Source: Lytechinus variegatus (Eukaryota). Taken from it: a stretch of 64,000 bases of DNA. Below, one piece after another: positions 25,354 through 39,075 of the stretch. The DNA lies in the NCBI RefSeq assembly GCF_018143015.1, contig NC_054741.1, positions 72,036,687-72,100,686 of the forward strand. The letters are read 5' to 3'. The translations under genes and the position numbers were made by a program. The first letter of the stretch is position 1. Every line of letters begins with the position of its first letter. Below the pieces are notes generated by a model. It was not told where the DNA came from, searched no databases, and worked only from the letters and a program-made list of their open reading frames with translations.

Positions 25354-25455
25354 TCAAAACATCATCTCTTGCAGTAGTAGAAGATGGGTTGGTCAATTCG
25401 TAGAGAGTAGATAAGATTTTCTCTCTTTCTATTGAGGAATCTATATCCATTTCAT
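25354..25455 (-). CDS. Exon (D)EMDIDSSIEREKILSTLYELTNPSSTTARDDVL upstream of the acidic exon; the ATG of EMDID (aaATGG context) could be the initiator
   Basis: Acceptor ctccttacag and donor GTAAGT. Phase is compatible with the next exon. Confidence 0.5.
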
Positions 25456-25849
25456 CTGTAAGGAGACACAATAAGAAATCAAATTATTATCCATATAAAA
25501 TATACAGAGTAGCTAAAAAAGTTAAAAATATCATATTATCGCCATCCCAGGAATGTAAGAGATATGGACAAATTAAATGAAATATTGAATACTACATGTA
25601 TCATCAGGAAATCTTTAGCATCACTTTACAATTACATGTATTTTACAAAACCTAGCCAAAGGATTGTCCCTTATCCAAGCTATATACATGTATGCAGAGT
25701 GCAGGTGTGCTATAATTGGAACATGAGCAACATCTTAAAGCAATAAAGATTATCATTCATTAGGTCTAAGTTCAACAAATTAAAGTTAATGAACATAGAT
25801 CCAAACTTACTAAAACTAAAATCAATGTTTTTATTTCATTTTCCTTATA

Positions 25850-26700
25850 TTATTGTAACGATCCCGCAAAAAGGATCGTGACGTAAACAATAAGCCCTGC
25901 GCATAACTATTGTTAACTCATTATTCATAGCTGTCACGAGAACTCATTGAACCGTGAGTATTATGTCTTTCGGTTATTATTAGAAATTACTTGAGATCTC
26001 ATATTCCAAATCAGAAAATTATTAATGTATTAGCTAGTTTGTAAATGAGTCCTGAGTTTCTAATGAAGAAATGTTAGGAGATAAGTTGATTTGCATTTTT
26101 TATGATCGAATTGGTGTAGATATAGATTGAATAATTCATCGCTGGCTGTGTTTATGAACGTACATAATTCGCATAAGAGCACAGCCGGCGTATTTGCATA
26201 AGTGCGGATGAGCGTTTGGATGCACAGTACGTCCGATCGCAGCGCTGGCCGACTTTGATAGATTTTTGACTAATTCATATCTTTTTGAGTATTGATATGA
26301 ATGGTTCTGTATATATTTCAGTGCAAAAATATATATCCTTTTGGAAACGTATCGACTTATTGAATGTTTTGTAGTAATAAACGAGAAATTGTAAATAAAC
26401 TGGCTTCGATAAAGCACAGTTCGAGTTCTCTGTACATTATACGCTGCGCGTAGACGTGTGTGTGCTATCCAAACCTGCTCGGCGCACCGTTTTCACCTAC
26501 GTCCGCAATTTGTCCATATAAATAAGATACGTTTAGTCGCCGGGGCTGGCACAAACAACGGAAATCTGACTGCGGAAGGCTTGCCACGGGGAAGACTTGG
26601 AAAACTTGGAAAGGTAAACAGACACAGGAAACAAGCCTATTGCCAAGGCATATAGACGCTGGAAACCTCGATATGAATTGAATTAAGTCCCTATATTGAC
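25850..26700. promoter_or_regulatory. Isolated CpG-rich island in a CpG-depleted region (a TGACGTAA CRE, a cataaataag TATA-like motif and several CGCG clusters). It is a candidate promoter, possibly bidirectional, for the minus-strand acidic/RA gene and for a plus-strand transcript.
   Basis: The CpG density is visibly higher than in the flanks. Donor-like sites are present on both strands (aacc|gtgagt at 25951; gaaag|gtaaac at 26614). Confidence 0.35.
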
Positions 26701-27317
26701 CCGTATGTTTGAATATGAGAATTCCCAATAGAGGTCCAGATTAATAGAAGTATAGATCTTGCTATGATATAAATTTTCTTAATAATTATTTTGGGCGAGC
26801 GACCTGAAGTAAATAATCTAGGAATCAATCTCTTCGTATATATCGACGCCGGAATTAACAGACATGGAAACGAATGTCGAGACTGGGAAGCTGGAAATAG
26901 AAGTTTTTCTCTTAAGCTAGACGCCGGTTATAGATTTGGAAAATTCTTATACTTGGATGCCCAAAATAAGTTTAATAATTAGCCCTTATTTCTCTGATAA
27001 CAAAAACATCTTAGAGCTTATCTAAATATTAGACATTGTTTACCTGTAAGTGGCGAGTAAAGTACATGTATATATATATATTTATGCAATTTGAATAATA
27101 AAATGCACCATTTTTCTTTTTGCCATTGAAACTAAAATCTGAGTCACAAACCCCTGTGTCTTAATTTCTTTGCTGTGTACCCCCATAGTCATATATTTTG
27201 ATGAAACGACCCTTAATTGCAAATAAACTATAGCGAGCCGCTCTAGCATTTTCTTCCACTCTTTTATTATAATTATCTTGGAAACTGCATGCTCGGAAAA
27301 TATTGAGATAGACAAAA

Positions 27318-27429
27318 ATGGAAATAGAGAAAAGCTCAGGTGATCCACCACAGACTGAACACCATCCTGACGTAGAGGTCGGAATGGAAGAAATAAGCGA
27401 GAGCGGCGGCCGCTACATTATTATAAATG
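27318..27429 (+). CDS. Candidate plus-strand first coding exon MEIEKSSGDPPQTEHHPDVEVGMEEISESGGRYIIINVP
   Basis: Kozak-like acaaaaATGG and donor A|GTATGA. The downstream exons were not found. Confidence 0.2.
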
Positions 27430-27748
27430 TTCCAAGTATGATTCGATACTTAAAGCTCATTAAACAATGAGATTTCATTTGTTATCTGAATTGTTACTGA
27501 TTATGGAATTTGATACATAATGTGTATTAAACAGTTCTGAAAGTTTTTGAAGGACATAAAATCCTGGGAAGCCCCCAACAACATGTACAGGGATAAAAAT
27601 GACTACTGATGGGATTTATCAAAGGATATGGACTGTTATTCGATGGATCAATAAATTATATACTAGTATATATGAAAAAATTATAAGAAAGTTCAGTTGG
27701 GACAGGTGCCAGAAAGTAATTACTTTGGTTTAGACAAGAATTACTCAC

Positions 27749-27799
27749 CCAGCAAGGACATATCAATTTCCATTAGCTCTTTTCCAGAAATGTCATGAT
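27749..27799 (-). CDS. SAM domain 2 continuation (DHDISGKELMEIDMSLL); the remaining 3' exons were not resolved
   Basis: Acceptor ctttcag and donor CTGG|GTGAGT. It parallels the SAM1 exon structure (G.DIDG..L..L...DL). Confidence 0.6.
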
Positions 27800-27839
27800 C
27801 TGAAAGAAGTATATCAAATATATTTTAAATAATAGTCAT

Positions 27840-28075
27840 CAAATAGAGGATGATGTAGAGAAGGGGCAAATGAAGAAGGTGCATGTAGATGAAAGGACAG
27901 AGAGAGATGAGGTGAGAGAAGACACGATGTGGGAGAGAGTGAGGGTGAAGAAGAGAAATAAGGGCAGGAGACATAAGGGGAGGGGGGAGAGAGAAACACG
28001 CAGACTCACACACCCACACACACACAGAAGATAGACATGATGTGGGGAGAGGGTGAAGAGAAATAAGGTGAAAAT
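27840..28075. repeat. Purine-rich GA/GGA low-complexity block with (CA)n at about 28010-28024
   Basis: Read directly. It generates the spurious minus-strand ORFs 27814-28025. Confidence 0.6.
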
Positions 28076-29113
28076 GAAAGAAAATGTGGAATTAAATTTC
28101 CGGGGGATACACTTTGAAAAACATTAATCATCAGTATGTTTAACAATGTGAATACAAATTATAAGATTGAAAAGACACAAACAATGTTACTGGGATAACA
28201 AATGTCATTTATAGACCATCAGGGTGTCATAGAACAAAGAATGCGTACCTATTAGGGTGTATTCAAGGCTCCACATTAATTTTTTTGATCAAATCATCAA
28301 TTTCATATTGGTGGCCCACAAAGAAAATTTGGTGGCCTTGAAACAATAGAAAATATTACTATTTATCAACACTTTGGTAGCCAAACCGGGCCACCAAGTG
28401 TGGGCTTGTACAGAATTTCGGTGGTCCAACTCTCATATCTGGTTGCCCCGGGCCACTTCTTATGTTGAGCCCTGTGTATTTACATACATAAAAAAAAGAA
28501 ATCATTATGGATGTAATCAAATGTATATGTATAATGCACTGTCTACTTGCACTTACCTGCAATGTCACAATAAAAATTTGCCCCCCCCAAAATAAAAATG
28601 AGCGTGACTTTCGACTTCAAGATAACTCCACTTATCATTACATAAGTAATTCCAAAATTTTGATGTATTACTGAATGTTAACCCTTTTGTCTTTTCTTTA
28701 TATACATGTATATTGTAATCTGCAAGTTTTCAAAATGACTTTCAGCCTGATGGCAAAGCTGAATGAAATCCAATCTTTCACTATATAGTACATAACCATG
28801 GAAACCGGTTAAAACACTGCAGGAGAGGTAACTGTCCCATAAAGAGATAATCAAATTCAAAAATCTATATTTACAGGTTTCTTTAAAATGCATGCCATGA
28901 TTTGCTTTTTGTTTTGACTACAAGGTTTTGGCCATCCCGATTCCCTCCCACTTCTCACCAATAAATGAAAACACCTGGCAAGCATTCAGTTGTTTATATT
29001 TACATGTACATTGATTTGTCTGTAATTTTATCTTTATTAAACCCTACATTGTTTGTTGTTCAACAGTTTCATAACATCATTTGCAAACAGAGCTTTATTT
29101 TTTTTATACTCAC

Positions 29114-29248
29114 CAATGAAGTTTTGAGCTAGATGTCCCAGGTTTATAGAATCCAACCAATGTATGATATCTCTCTCTGTCCACTGAGAAACCCTTTTCT
29201 TGCTGAATGGAATGCTAGATTTTGGGATTGCATGTTCTGGGCTTGCTT
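29114..29248 (-). CDS. SAM domain 2, first part (EASPEHAIPKSSIPFSKKRVSQWTERDIIHWLDSINLGHLAQNFIG)
   Basis: Acceptor ccaatacag and donor ATTG|GTGAGT. The SAM signature W.E.D...WL.SI.L..Y...F is present. Phase matches the linker exon. Confidence 0.65.
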
Positions 29249-30037
29249 CTGTATTGGGATGAAAGAATTAAAAGGGAATGAAAACAAATGAAGTTTTACA
29301 GTAAAATCTAATAATAAATAGAAAGAAATGAAAGCAAAATGGTTTACTATTCAACTATAATCACAATATCTTTCATATTCTTATTGAACGTTTTAGAGAC
29401 AAACCAATAAATTTACAACTATACAACTTTTGATTGTTGGTTTGATCTGCAATTTTAGTCTCCTTGAGAAGAAGGAACAAAAATAAGAAATAACCAATTA
29501 AACTCCTTCAAAGAAAAGGACACAAAATGAGTCAATACATTATATTTTAATAAAAAGACAAATTATATTATACACTGTACATCATCAAAATTGATGAAGT
29601 ACATGTATATACAAATGTACATGTTCACTCTTTAATCTAATTATCAAAGTATGTTACATTACAGTATAAATATTATCGTTTTCACAAATTGTACAACTAC
29701 CACAGAATAAATGAAAAAGATCATAAATTGTACAACTACCCCAAATAGAGTTACCAATATCTTCTTTAAACAGAGCAGCTAAATCAGTTTTGAAACTACC
29801 CTGCATAGCATGTATTAATTACCATTATGTAACCAACTATGAGTTATGAGTCTCTAGCCAGAAGGTCCCATTGAGTAATGCACATGTACAAATATAATCC
29901 ATGCCTGGGTTTTGATTGACTGTTGAGCAATATCACTAGATACATGTATGTATAATTTAATTGACGGAAGGGAATGAATGTATGTATTTTATTAAATAGA
30001 GAAAGAATTTCAATAAGACGTGATTCTGATGACTCAC

Positions 30038-30386
30038 CAAATGATGAGTTTATCTTGCTCCCTCTATCATCAGAAGATTGTCCTCCATGTGATCCACTTC
30101 CTGACCCTGATGACTTCACAGAACTACCACTCAAGATAGAAGACAAATCACTATCTTGTCGTTTCCTTGGCTCCTTCTCTTTCATTTTCTTTTTTCCATC
30201 CTCCTTTCCCTCCTGTCTCTCTGTAATGTTGCCTTTGACCGATGATGTCATGGAGGGTTTTGAACCACTCTTGAGGGCAGAAAGGGAGGGTGAGGTGGGA
30301 AGGTCCGGGAAGAGATCTTCATCAGAGGTGTCTCCGAAATGTACTGAGCTGGATTCTTCTTCTTCTTCTCCATTGTGTTCAGCTTG
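30038..30386 (-). CDS. Ser/Glu/Lys-rich linker exon (QAEHNGEEEEESSSVHFGDTSDEDLFPDLPTSPSLSALKSGSKPSMTSSVKGNITERQEGKEDGKKKMKEKEPRKRQDSDLSSILSGSSVKSSGSGSGSHGGQSSDDRGSKINSSF)
   Basis: Acceptor ttttgtag immediately after an in-frame TAG, and donor TTTG|GTGAGT. The frame is anchored by ORF-track entry 29844-30251. The plus-strand ORF 29974-30573 is its antisense artefact. Confidence 0.65.
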
Positions 30387-31129
30387 CTACAAAATGCAAG
30401 CAATTAAGTATATGAAACTATATACATATTCATGTACGATAATCATGCATGTAAATGTACATAATACGGGGTTGAAAATACAACTTCAACTATGGACTAA
30501 TTTCTATTCATGGAAATTATGCATAATAGATTTAATTGCATTGCAAAAAGTAATAATGACTTTGGTCAGATGAAAATTAACATTTCACAAGTACTTGTAT
30601 GGTTATGCATTAAAGTTTAGCAAATAATAGATTTCTGTGTATGCTATGCAGGAAAAAATACAGTGATATGAAACCGAGGGAGTGTGGTTCGGGTGAGAGA
30701 GTAACAAAAAGCAATCAAGTCATATCTATAGCAGGGTGCTACATATTAAGCACTTGCCCGATTGCAATCAGGCAAATAAAAGTTAAAGTGGAAAAGTGCT
30801 TTGAAGTAAAGACCTAAACTACTTGCCTGAATTGGGCAAGCAAAATTCTCACAGTAGAATGATCAAAATTAGGGTCGATATGATATGATCTTGACCCTAA
30901 TTTTGGTCATGACAGGCAAGATAAAATTACTTTGGAAAAAGAATTGCAATAACAAAGTAGATCAGTTCATGTCAAAAGAGAGAAAAATGTCAATGGTTCT
31001 TTTGAAGAGGTAAATTTTTTTTTTCAATGATTTTTCAGGCAAGTGAAACAGATTTTTGGGCAAGTATATTCCAACTATTCAAAAATTTACTTGCCCGATC
31101 AAGCAAGTGCTTCTAAACAGTTATGTAGT

Positions 31130-31440
31130 ACCCTGTCTAAAGAGAAAAAAAGCAAGTAAAGGGTAGAAGAAAAAAATATAAAATCTAATGTAGGAAACTG
31201 AAAAAAGAAAATTTGACAAAAAAAGAAGAGAGGGTGGAATCTTACTATTAAATGGAAAGGGGAATGGACTATAGATAGATAGATAGATAGAGAGGGAGTG
31301 AGAAATAAGACAGAGAGAAAGAGAAATATAAAGTGAGGGGGATAAGAAAACACAGAGAAAGAAAATTAGATACATAAGAAAAAATGAGAATGAGAAAGAA
31401 CAAGAAAAAAGAGGAAGAAAAAATTAAAACATCCGAACAT
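31130..31440. repeat. Purine-rich low-complexity block containing (GATA)5 at about 31267-31290
   Basis: Read directly. Confidence 0.6.
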
Positions 31441-34308
31441 CGCTAAACATGGAGCATATTTAAAAGTTAAAACTTCTCCCAAAGAAATTCAAAGCTCCTT
31501 CATTTTGAGCCCCTGGGAATCTATCATCACATGTTCATACTATCATCTCTAATCCCATCCATTATAATTAGATATGGCTGGGAATGTGACATTCATGACA
31601 AGGTAGAGAGCCTAAAAATACCTTGTTTTTAAGAAACCCTGTCATAGCGACTGCTAAGCTGGGGCTAAGAATGACAATCCCAGTAAATCTATGATACATG
31701 AATCATTAGCTGTCTGTAGTTCAGTCAACTTATTAAAGAAACATAGAGAATGAACTACTTTAAAGTGAGTGTGATGCTAATAGATCATGCCTCAATACAT
31801 ATTTCCAGGCCTAGGACTACATCACAGAAATCTGAAAAGAAAACAGCTAACATTTGAAGATTTTAAAAGGTACTTTGAGCTTAGTAAACAAGAAAATAAC
31901 TTCTCATTAAAGCTCATACCATTCCAGCTGAATGATGTAAGATAAATTTGACAATTGTAATGACAGACTTTAATAATTAATAACCTGAGTTTTCAGAAAT
32001 GCATGTTTCTTCTACACTCTTTTTTTTGCTTAGCATTCTGTTTAATTTTTTGCATATATCTGATGATATCCTAGTAGTGAGGAAATCATCAAATAATCTA
32101 AAGACCAACTGTGAAGAATACTATATACATGTAGGGGAGAGTGGGGTAAATAAGGCCATCTTTTTCATAATTCCAATCATATCTTTGTAATGCATAGCAG
32201 TAGTAACATTATAAGATGTCTAATAATAGGTCTACAGTAGACCTGCATTATCCAATAGATATAAGAACTATATCAATCTCATTTTCACATTAATAAGCAT
32301 TAAATATTGTTGTCAGGGGACCCTATTTGCCCCATCAATATAGGGCAAATGAGGCTCCTCAATTTAGAACTATTTTGTGTTGCCATATTCAAAGTAAAAA
32401 TACTTCAGGTGGTTTGTCACAATCACTGAACATTGACTAACTATAACAATCACATGATTGATATCTACTTATTTTCCAAAAGGCCCCCATTTTAAGGATT
32501 TATTTGTTTAATAATCCTATCCAATATTATGAAGAAAAAAAGATTGTTGGATTGTTTTTTTAAACTACATGTATTAGAGTTATATTTTTCTACATGTTCT
32601 ATTGGAAATTGACACTTTTAGTGTACATGCATGTGTAGAGATGTCTACACTGCACTTTACTGTTTTAAAAGATGTAACCATACAGGGTTAATTATGTTTT
32701 AATCTGGGGGTCTCATTTGCCCCATCAGGCTTATTGAGTTCATAGGATTCTGGTCAGAAATTAAGAGGTAAAGTGGTGAATTTTTAGTACAGTACTGGCA
32801 AGCATAATGATGTCTGACAAAAGTAAATAAACTAATATGAAAGTTCATGCACATACTGTAACTGTACTGTAACTCTAAAGTGACGATGCCACTTTCAATA
32901 TTTCAATTCTGAGGTGCCACTGGGTTTCTGCTCCTCCTGGCTATTCGCATTGAACTATGAGACATTGTAAATGCTCAAAATGTTTGCTAAGGAACTGTCT
33001 CAAATACCACACAAACCACAATCACTTTTGGCACTGGAATAATTGAGCAGTACCGGTAAGCTAAAAACTCACTGGGGGCCTTATTTATCCCATGACCTCA
33101 ATTACCCCACTTTCCCCTACCTACTGCATATTTACATGTAGCATAAGGAGATCAAAGATGGAAATTAAAGTTTTTCTACATGTATCCTAAAGAAAGTTTC
33201 CTTTAACTATACATTGATGAGTATCATCAAAGTAAAATACAGAGTTTACACAAATGTACAAGAAAATATACTTTTCAAATTATACATACATACATACATG
33301 TATTAATAAAATGATTACAAATTTTCTTTGAAAAAATGATTACATGAACAATGTATCAAAATCTTCCTTTATTCATAATAAGCAAGAAAAAAGGGCGACA
33401 TTCACAACTAATTATGTTCTTTTCTTTTTAACAAAACCAAGCATTATTCTGTTATTTCTTTTGTGAAAACTGATGATAATTTTGTAAAAACAATTCAATA
33501 TTTAGATTTCTTTCAAGACGATGTCAAAATAGATATAATTTCCTTTAAAGCTTGTCTAGCATGTGAGTGTCAGTGAAAGTGGGAATTATGAAGGGGGGGG
33601 GGGGGCTTTTTCTTCACAAGGAATTGAGTGGAATCAATGGCAAAGCTTCTCAATTCTTTATACTTCCTCTTACACAGAATACATGTAGGATCTTTTTTTT
33701 TTATTGCATTCAAATTGCAATCCTGCCCATTGTGTCAATGCCCAGGGATGCTGAACATTCTTGTACATGTACTGGAATGTGCAGTAAATTACAGTAGAAC
33801 AGGGAAGTAAACATATCTTCTGCTCAACAATTTTCACGACAAAATTCACCAATCAGAGTAAAAAATACTAACTCATATAGGCCTATATTAGAAATAAGTA
33901 ATGAAAATGACTACATGTACATGTCATGGTTGCATTTGAAAAAAAAACAATGTCAATGATATTGTACTGTTGTGTTGTTGATGTATTTGTAAATACTTAA
34001 AGAATACAAACAGTTTACTTTTGTTTGTAACATGAAGGAAATACTGATTCCAATAGCTCCCCGATACAAGTTAATTTGTCAAGGGGAAAAACATCATTCT
34101 AATTGAAAATTCACTTGTACTAAAAAAATACAACTCCTTGATTTTTTTCTTTTCAAATAATGATGTCACTCTCAGTAATAATGACTCCAATTGCTTCATG
34201 ATGCAAAATAAAAAAGTAAGTCAAGGCTTACCCCCCCCCATCCCCTCATTACTCTTATTCATGTTTCTCTGAATTAATATGTATACAAAAAGCAAGATTA
34301 CTTAATAC

Positions 34309-34403
34309 CTGAGCATTTGATTCATGTGCAAGTTCTTGCTTCAGGTTTGTGATTTCTCTTAAAAGCTGTTCTCTAAGGCTCCCTTCCTCTACTTCCAAGT
34401 CAA
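34309..34403 (-). CDS. SAM domain 1 C-terminal part (IDLEVEEGSLREQLLREITNLKQELAHESNAQ)
   Basis: Acceptor gtttcag and donor CAG|GTATTA. Phase-compatible. Confidence 0.55.
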
Positions 34404-35214
34404 CTGAAACAAATAGAAAAGGAAAATAATAACAAATGTGAAAATGTTGATGCTGAATTTAGATTTTTATCTTTATTGTACATCATCTATCCACAACCTG
34501 TTCCAGTTTTTGGATCAAATGCAAATCCTTTGAAAACAACAGAAATATAATGGGGAAATTACTATAATTACATTTAGTAGAGTGGCAATAACTTCCATTT
34601 CCATCCTCAACAAATGTTTTTTCAGTTTCATAAATCCACAAAGATCCTGTATACAAATAATCACTTTATTTTCAAGGTCTTTAAATTCAATAAACATCCA
34701 GGAAGACCAAGACCTTGGATGAACTATTACATAAGTTGCCTCAATTCCCTTATTGGACATTTATTGAACCCCTTATTATATGATTTTCTCCACTGGTGCT
34801 GTAATATTGTGATGCACCCTACAGAAAAGTGGCCCTGAAAAAGGCTTGTTTTCAAATAAAGAAAAAAAAAATGCAGAAAATTAACTTGGTGGAATTTTTT
34901 GTAGCTTTCATTTTAATGACTTGCATACTGAAAGAGACCACAATCAAAACACAATAACATTAATTTAGTGAATTAGTTATTATCATTCTCAATTCTTTCC
35001 AAATTTTTTAGTCCAGAATTGCAGAAAGTACAAAAAATTAATGAAAGTTGGTTCATAAGGTCCAAATAGGTAAATACCTTTTTAAAAAGAAAGAAAAAAA
35101 AATAATAAAATGGAAAAACATATTGAGTAAGATTAAGTACATGTATAGCCTACATGTAATTGATTATTATATACACAGTAGAAATCAAATAGTGGTCAGT
35201 CATTCCATACTTAC

Positions 35215-35265
35215 TTAGATCTTCTTCAGTGACTTGGGAAATGTAATCCCCATCAATATCACAAC
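35215..35265 (-). CDS. SAM domain 1 continuation (GCDIDGDYISQVTEEDL)
   Basis: Acceptor ttttcccaatgatacag and donor GTAAGT. The phase-1 junction gives the SAM consensus F.G..IDG..L..LTEEDL. Confidence 0.65.
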   Translation of the reverse strand, partial: VVILMGITFPKSLKKI

Positions 35266-37199
35266 CTGTATCATTGGGAAAATAGGAAGCAACTTATAGA
35301 ATGACATTAAGAAATGACACAAACAGAAAGAAATACATGTATCTGAATGAATGAATTTGACAGAATTAGTACATGTCAAGTAAACAAATAATACAATAAA
35401 AATAACACAACCCAATTTTTTACACTGTAACCCCCCCCACCCCCAAACAACAGTCATTGTAGGAGGGATCAATGACATATTCTAGAGACTCCTCATAGCA
35501 AAAGTAAATATTAATGTTTTACTATCTAGATACCCAATCTACTCTCATCATAGAACTGGCATACATACACATGTAGCAATTAAAAACTTTAACCTTTACT
35601 GAAAATGAGCATATAGATCATAGATGTATCTTCTCGAAATTGATTTGTTTGTTCATCAATTTGAAAAACAACTTCCCTATAAAAGCAAGGAAACAAGAAA
35701 TAATTGATTTGGGAAGTATCTCATTTACTTCTGCTTCGCTTCAATAGAAGGATATTTCCTGACCTGAAAATTAGGAGATAAGGTAGAATTGGCCACTGAA
35801 TGAAGTTATTCATACCAAGTTCCACAGTTTGTACAAACTTCAAGGCCCTGTTGCGTAAAAGTCATAATATCATGGTAACAGTACCTTGCCATGCAATGGT
35901 AACTTGCATGAAATCCTTGATTCTGATTGGCTGTTTTTCAGTGTTACCATGGTAGTAGCCATTGGATAACTTTTATGCAACAGGGTCCTGAACTAATGAC
36001 TGTTGAGACAAATGAATGTAAATTTCATAAACCTGGTCACAATAGCAGTTAAATTACATTTGTAACTGAGCTAATGGACTAATGGTATTTCAGTGGCTAG
36101 CCGCAAATTTGTCACATAAATTGAACATTCATTCTATGCTTTATAATGAAACAGACACAGGGAATTAAAAAAAAATGGCCTATTGTACATACATCATGTA
36201 TAGTAAACCAAGGGCATAAAAAATATTTAGGACACAAAGCCATCATAGTTAAAAGAAAAAAGCAGGGTAATTTTTGCTGCTTTAAATTGGATTTGGGGAT
36301 TGATTTCAGTTGACCTGCATGATATAAATTTATATAAATTTTCAATTTCAATAAATTCTGCTGGTACTTCGTAATACACTTTTCAAAATGTACAGTTTAA
36401 CATTCTTTCTTACAATAAAACATGTAAAATGACAAATTCTAATCAATCTGCATAATTAGTTATAAACAACTTTTTGTTGATAATTATACTTGATGTCAGC
36501 AAGAAAATAATGTTAAAAAGTTACAGAAGAATAAATATGTATTTTTAACAGTGATGCACAAAGGAAATGTACGATTTTGAATGACATAAACAGTACAATA
36601 TTGATTAAAAAGGAATGATTTATCATTGACATCATTTGGATGATTGATCTGTTCTGAAAATTTTCAAGCGTGTTTAAAACATGCTTTACATTTACGTGTA
36701 TTTAACTTTCATTTCAAGCACAATACTTCAGTTAAAAATATTTTTTCCTTGAAAATCCTTCCACAGTTTTTCCAGCATGACACATACTTCTTTGAGCTTC
36801 TGGGTCTTAAAGTATTAGGATTATTTTATAGGGAACGGAAGCAAGATACAGACTGCCAGAAGACAATCTTGTTCCATCCATTTCCAGAATACATTTCATA
36901 TGACATGTACCGGTATGCAGTAATGAGTTGGGATAAAGTGTCAAATATTTTACATTCCAATAAATGAATATACTGACTCGGTGTATATATATCTATCAAT
37001 CAGAATTTGATTAGGTTGTGTGAATACAAGTTCAACACATTAAATCCCTCTTCCCCATCCCCCCCAAAATAAAGTAGGTGAAAAAGAAAAAAAATATGAT
37101 TGAAAAGGAGTATACTTTCTCTGGCACATGCATGTAACTCTAAGATGTTTTCTTCAATATCATGTTTGTAATGCCAATATTTTTTTCTATTTCTTCTGA

Positions 37200-38440
37200 G
37201 AATTAATCAATTAAGATAATACCAGTCTTCAAAAAAGGTGATAGTTCTTTAGCAAGTAACTACAGCCCTATTTCATTGCTTACAAACTTATCTAAAATTC
37301 TTGAAAAAATTGGTTCACATACGAACCATATAGATGTTTTTTTAAAAAGCACGACATCCTATTCGATACTCAATTTGGTTTTCGGGAAAAGAGTAGCACT
37401 TCCCAAGCAATACTTTTAGTTCAAACAGTTGCCAAAGCTTATGACAAGTCTTCAAATATGATTGGTTTGTTTTTAGATTTTTCAAAAGCATTTGATACAG
37501 TTGATCATAACATTCTTGTTTATAAACTTTCTCATTATGGAATTAGAGGGGAAACACTAAAGTGGTTCAAGAATTATCTAACCGGGCGTTCACAGTTCAT
37601 TTCACTTGATTGTAATATTTCTGAACGTAAACCTGTCCTTTGTGGAGTTCCACAGGGCAGCATTCTTGGCCCACTATTGTTCATTACTTACATAAATGCT
37701 ATTGATATGTCATCTACATTGCTTCAATTTATACTTTTCGCTGATGATTCTAATATATTTCTGTCGCACCCCGACCCAATTGCAATTGATGCAAATATTC
37801 AATGACGAACTAAAAATGTTTCGAATTGGATAACAGCTAACAAACTCTCTCTTAACCTCGAAAAAAACTAGCTACATGCTATTTAGCAACAAGATCACGA
37901 CTGTACCAAAAGATGAAATTTTAAATGATACTGTCATTCAAAGAGTGCGGTCTACTAAATTTTTGGGACTGATCATTGTAAAAATCATTGCTCGCAACAT
38001 TAGTGTCATTACAAAATTAAGTTCCTTCTTACCCCATTATATTTTGTTATCATTGTATCCAATGTTTATTTTACCTTACTTGAATTACGGAGTTGTTGCA
38101 TGCGGTAACGCAGCGAATTCTCAAATAGACTTTTTATTCTACAAAAAAGAGTAATTCGTATATTAATCATTAATCAAGGGCACATACAAATATTTTGTTT
38201 TTTAGAGTCTTGAAGGTTAAAGATTTATATTCTTTTCAACTCGGACAGTTAATGTACAAGTTTATCAATAAACAATTACCATTACCTTTTAATGATATGT
38301 TTGTAAAAAATGATACAATCCATAAGCACTTCACTCGCCAGGCGAGTTCCTTTCATTTACCTCTAAATAGAACATTGTTTACACAGAAGACATTTGTATT
38401 TACTGGTCCAAAATTATGGAATTCTTTTTCATAGGATATT
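37200..38440 (+). mobile_element. Decayed non-LTR retrotransposon reverse-transcriptase fragment of CR1/L2-like type. It is antisense within intron 1 of the SAM gene.
   Basis: RT motifs are present across shifted frames: PISLL..SKILEK, QFGFREKSSTSQA, FLDFSKAFDTVDHNILVYKL..YGIRGETLKWFKNYLTGRSQFISL, GVPQGSILGPLLFITYIN and FADD. There are multiple stops and frameshifts. ORF-track pieces 37458-37805, 37876-38154 and 38195-38434 fall inside it. Confidence 0.75.
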
Positions 38441-39075
38441 ATACAATGCAATTCAATACAAAATTTCAAAGGAAAAATTAAAAAATATCTTCTGAATTCT
38501 TATTTGATTATAATCGTTTCTTCACAAAGTAATGTAATTCAGAACTTAATATGTAAATATGTTTATTAATTTCTCTTTGTATACATGCTTAATCGTTTTA
38601 TGATTTCTGTATACAGTGTATACTTAAACATTTATTTTTATTATTATCTATTTATTTTTGTTTTCATTTGTTTATTTTTTATTCATTTTATATATATATA
38701 TATAAATTCTTTATTTCTCTATTTTATCTTATTTTTTACTCATAAAAAACATGTATGAAAGAGGGCCTTCACCCCACAAGCTATGCTTTTTAGTTGGTCT
38801 CCTTCTCTTTCGATTTCATAGTATTATTGTATTATAAAAATGATTTAAATGTTATATTTTGTAAATATGTATATTGAACTATCAATGTCAATGTAAAAAG
38901 ATTGAAAAAGAAAATAAATGAATTGAATTGAAAAAAATGAATTGCCAGCACAAAAAAAAATATTGTCAGGGTAAACTTCCCCTACAACAGTTATAGACCT
39001 TCAGATATTTTACATTTTCAAACAGTGTACAGTACATTGTTGAGCAATGAGCATGATAATATTGTCTTAACATAC

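Noticed and set aside
29974-30573. 199-aa plus-strand ORF
   Set aside because: It is antisense to the Ser/Glu-rich linker exon of the minus-strand SAM gene.
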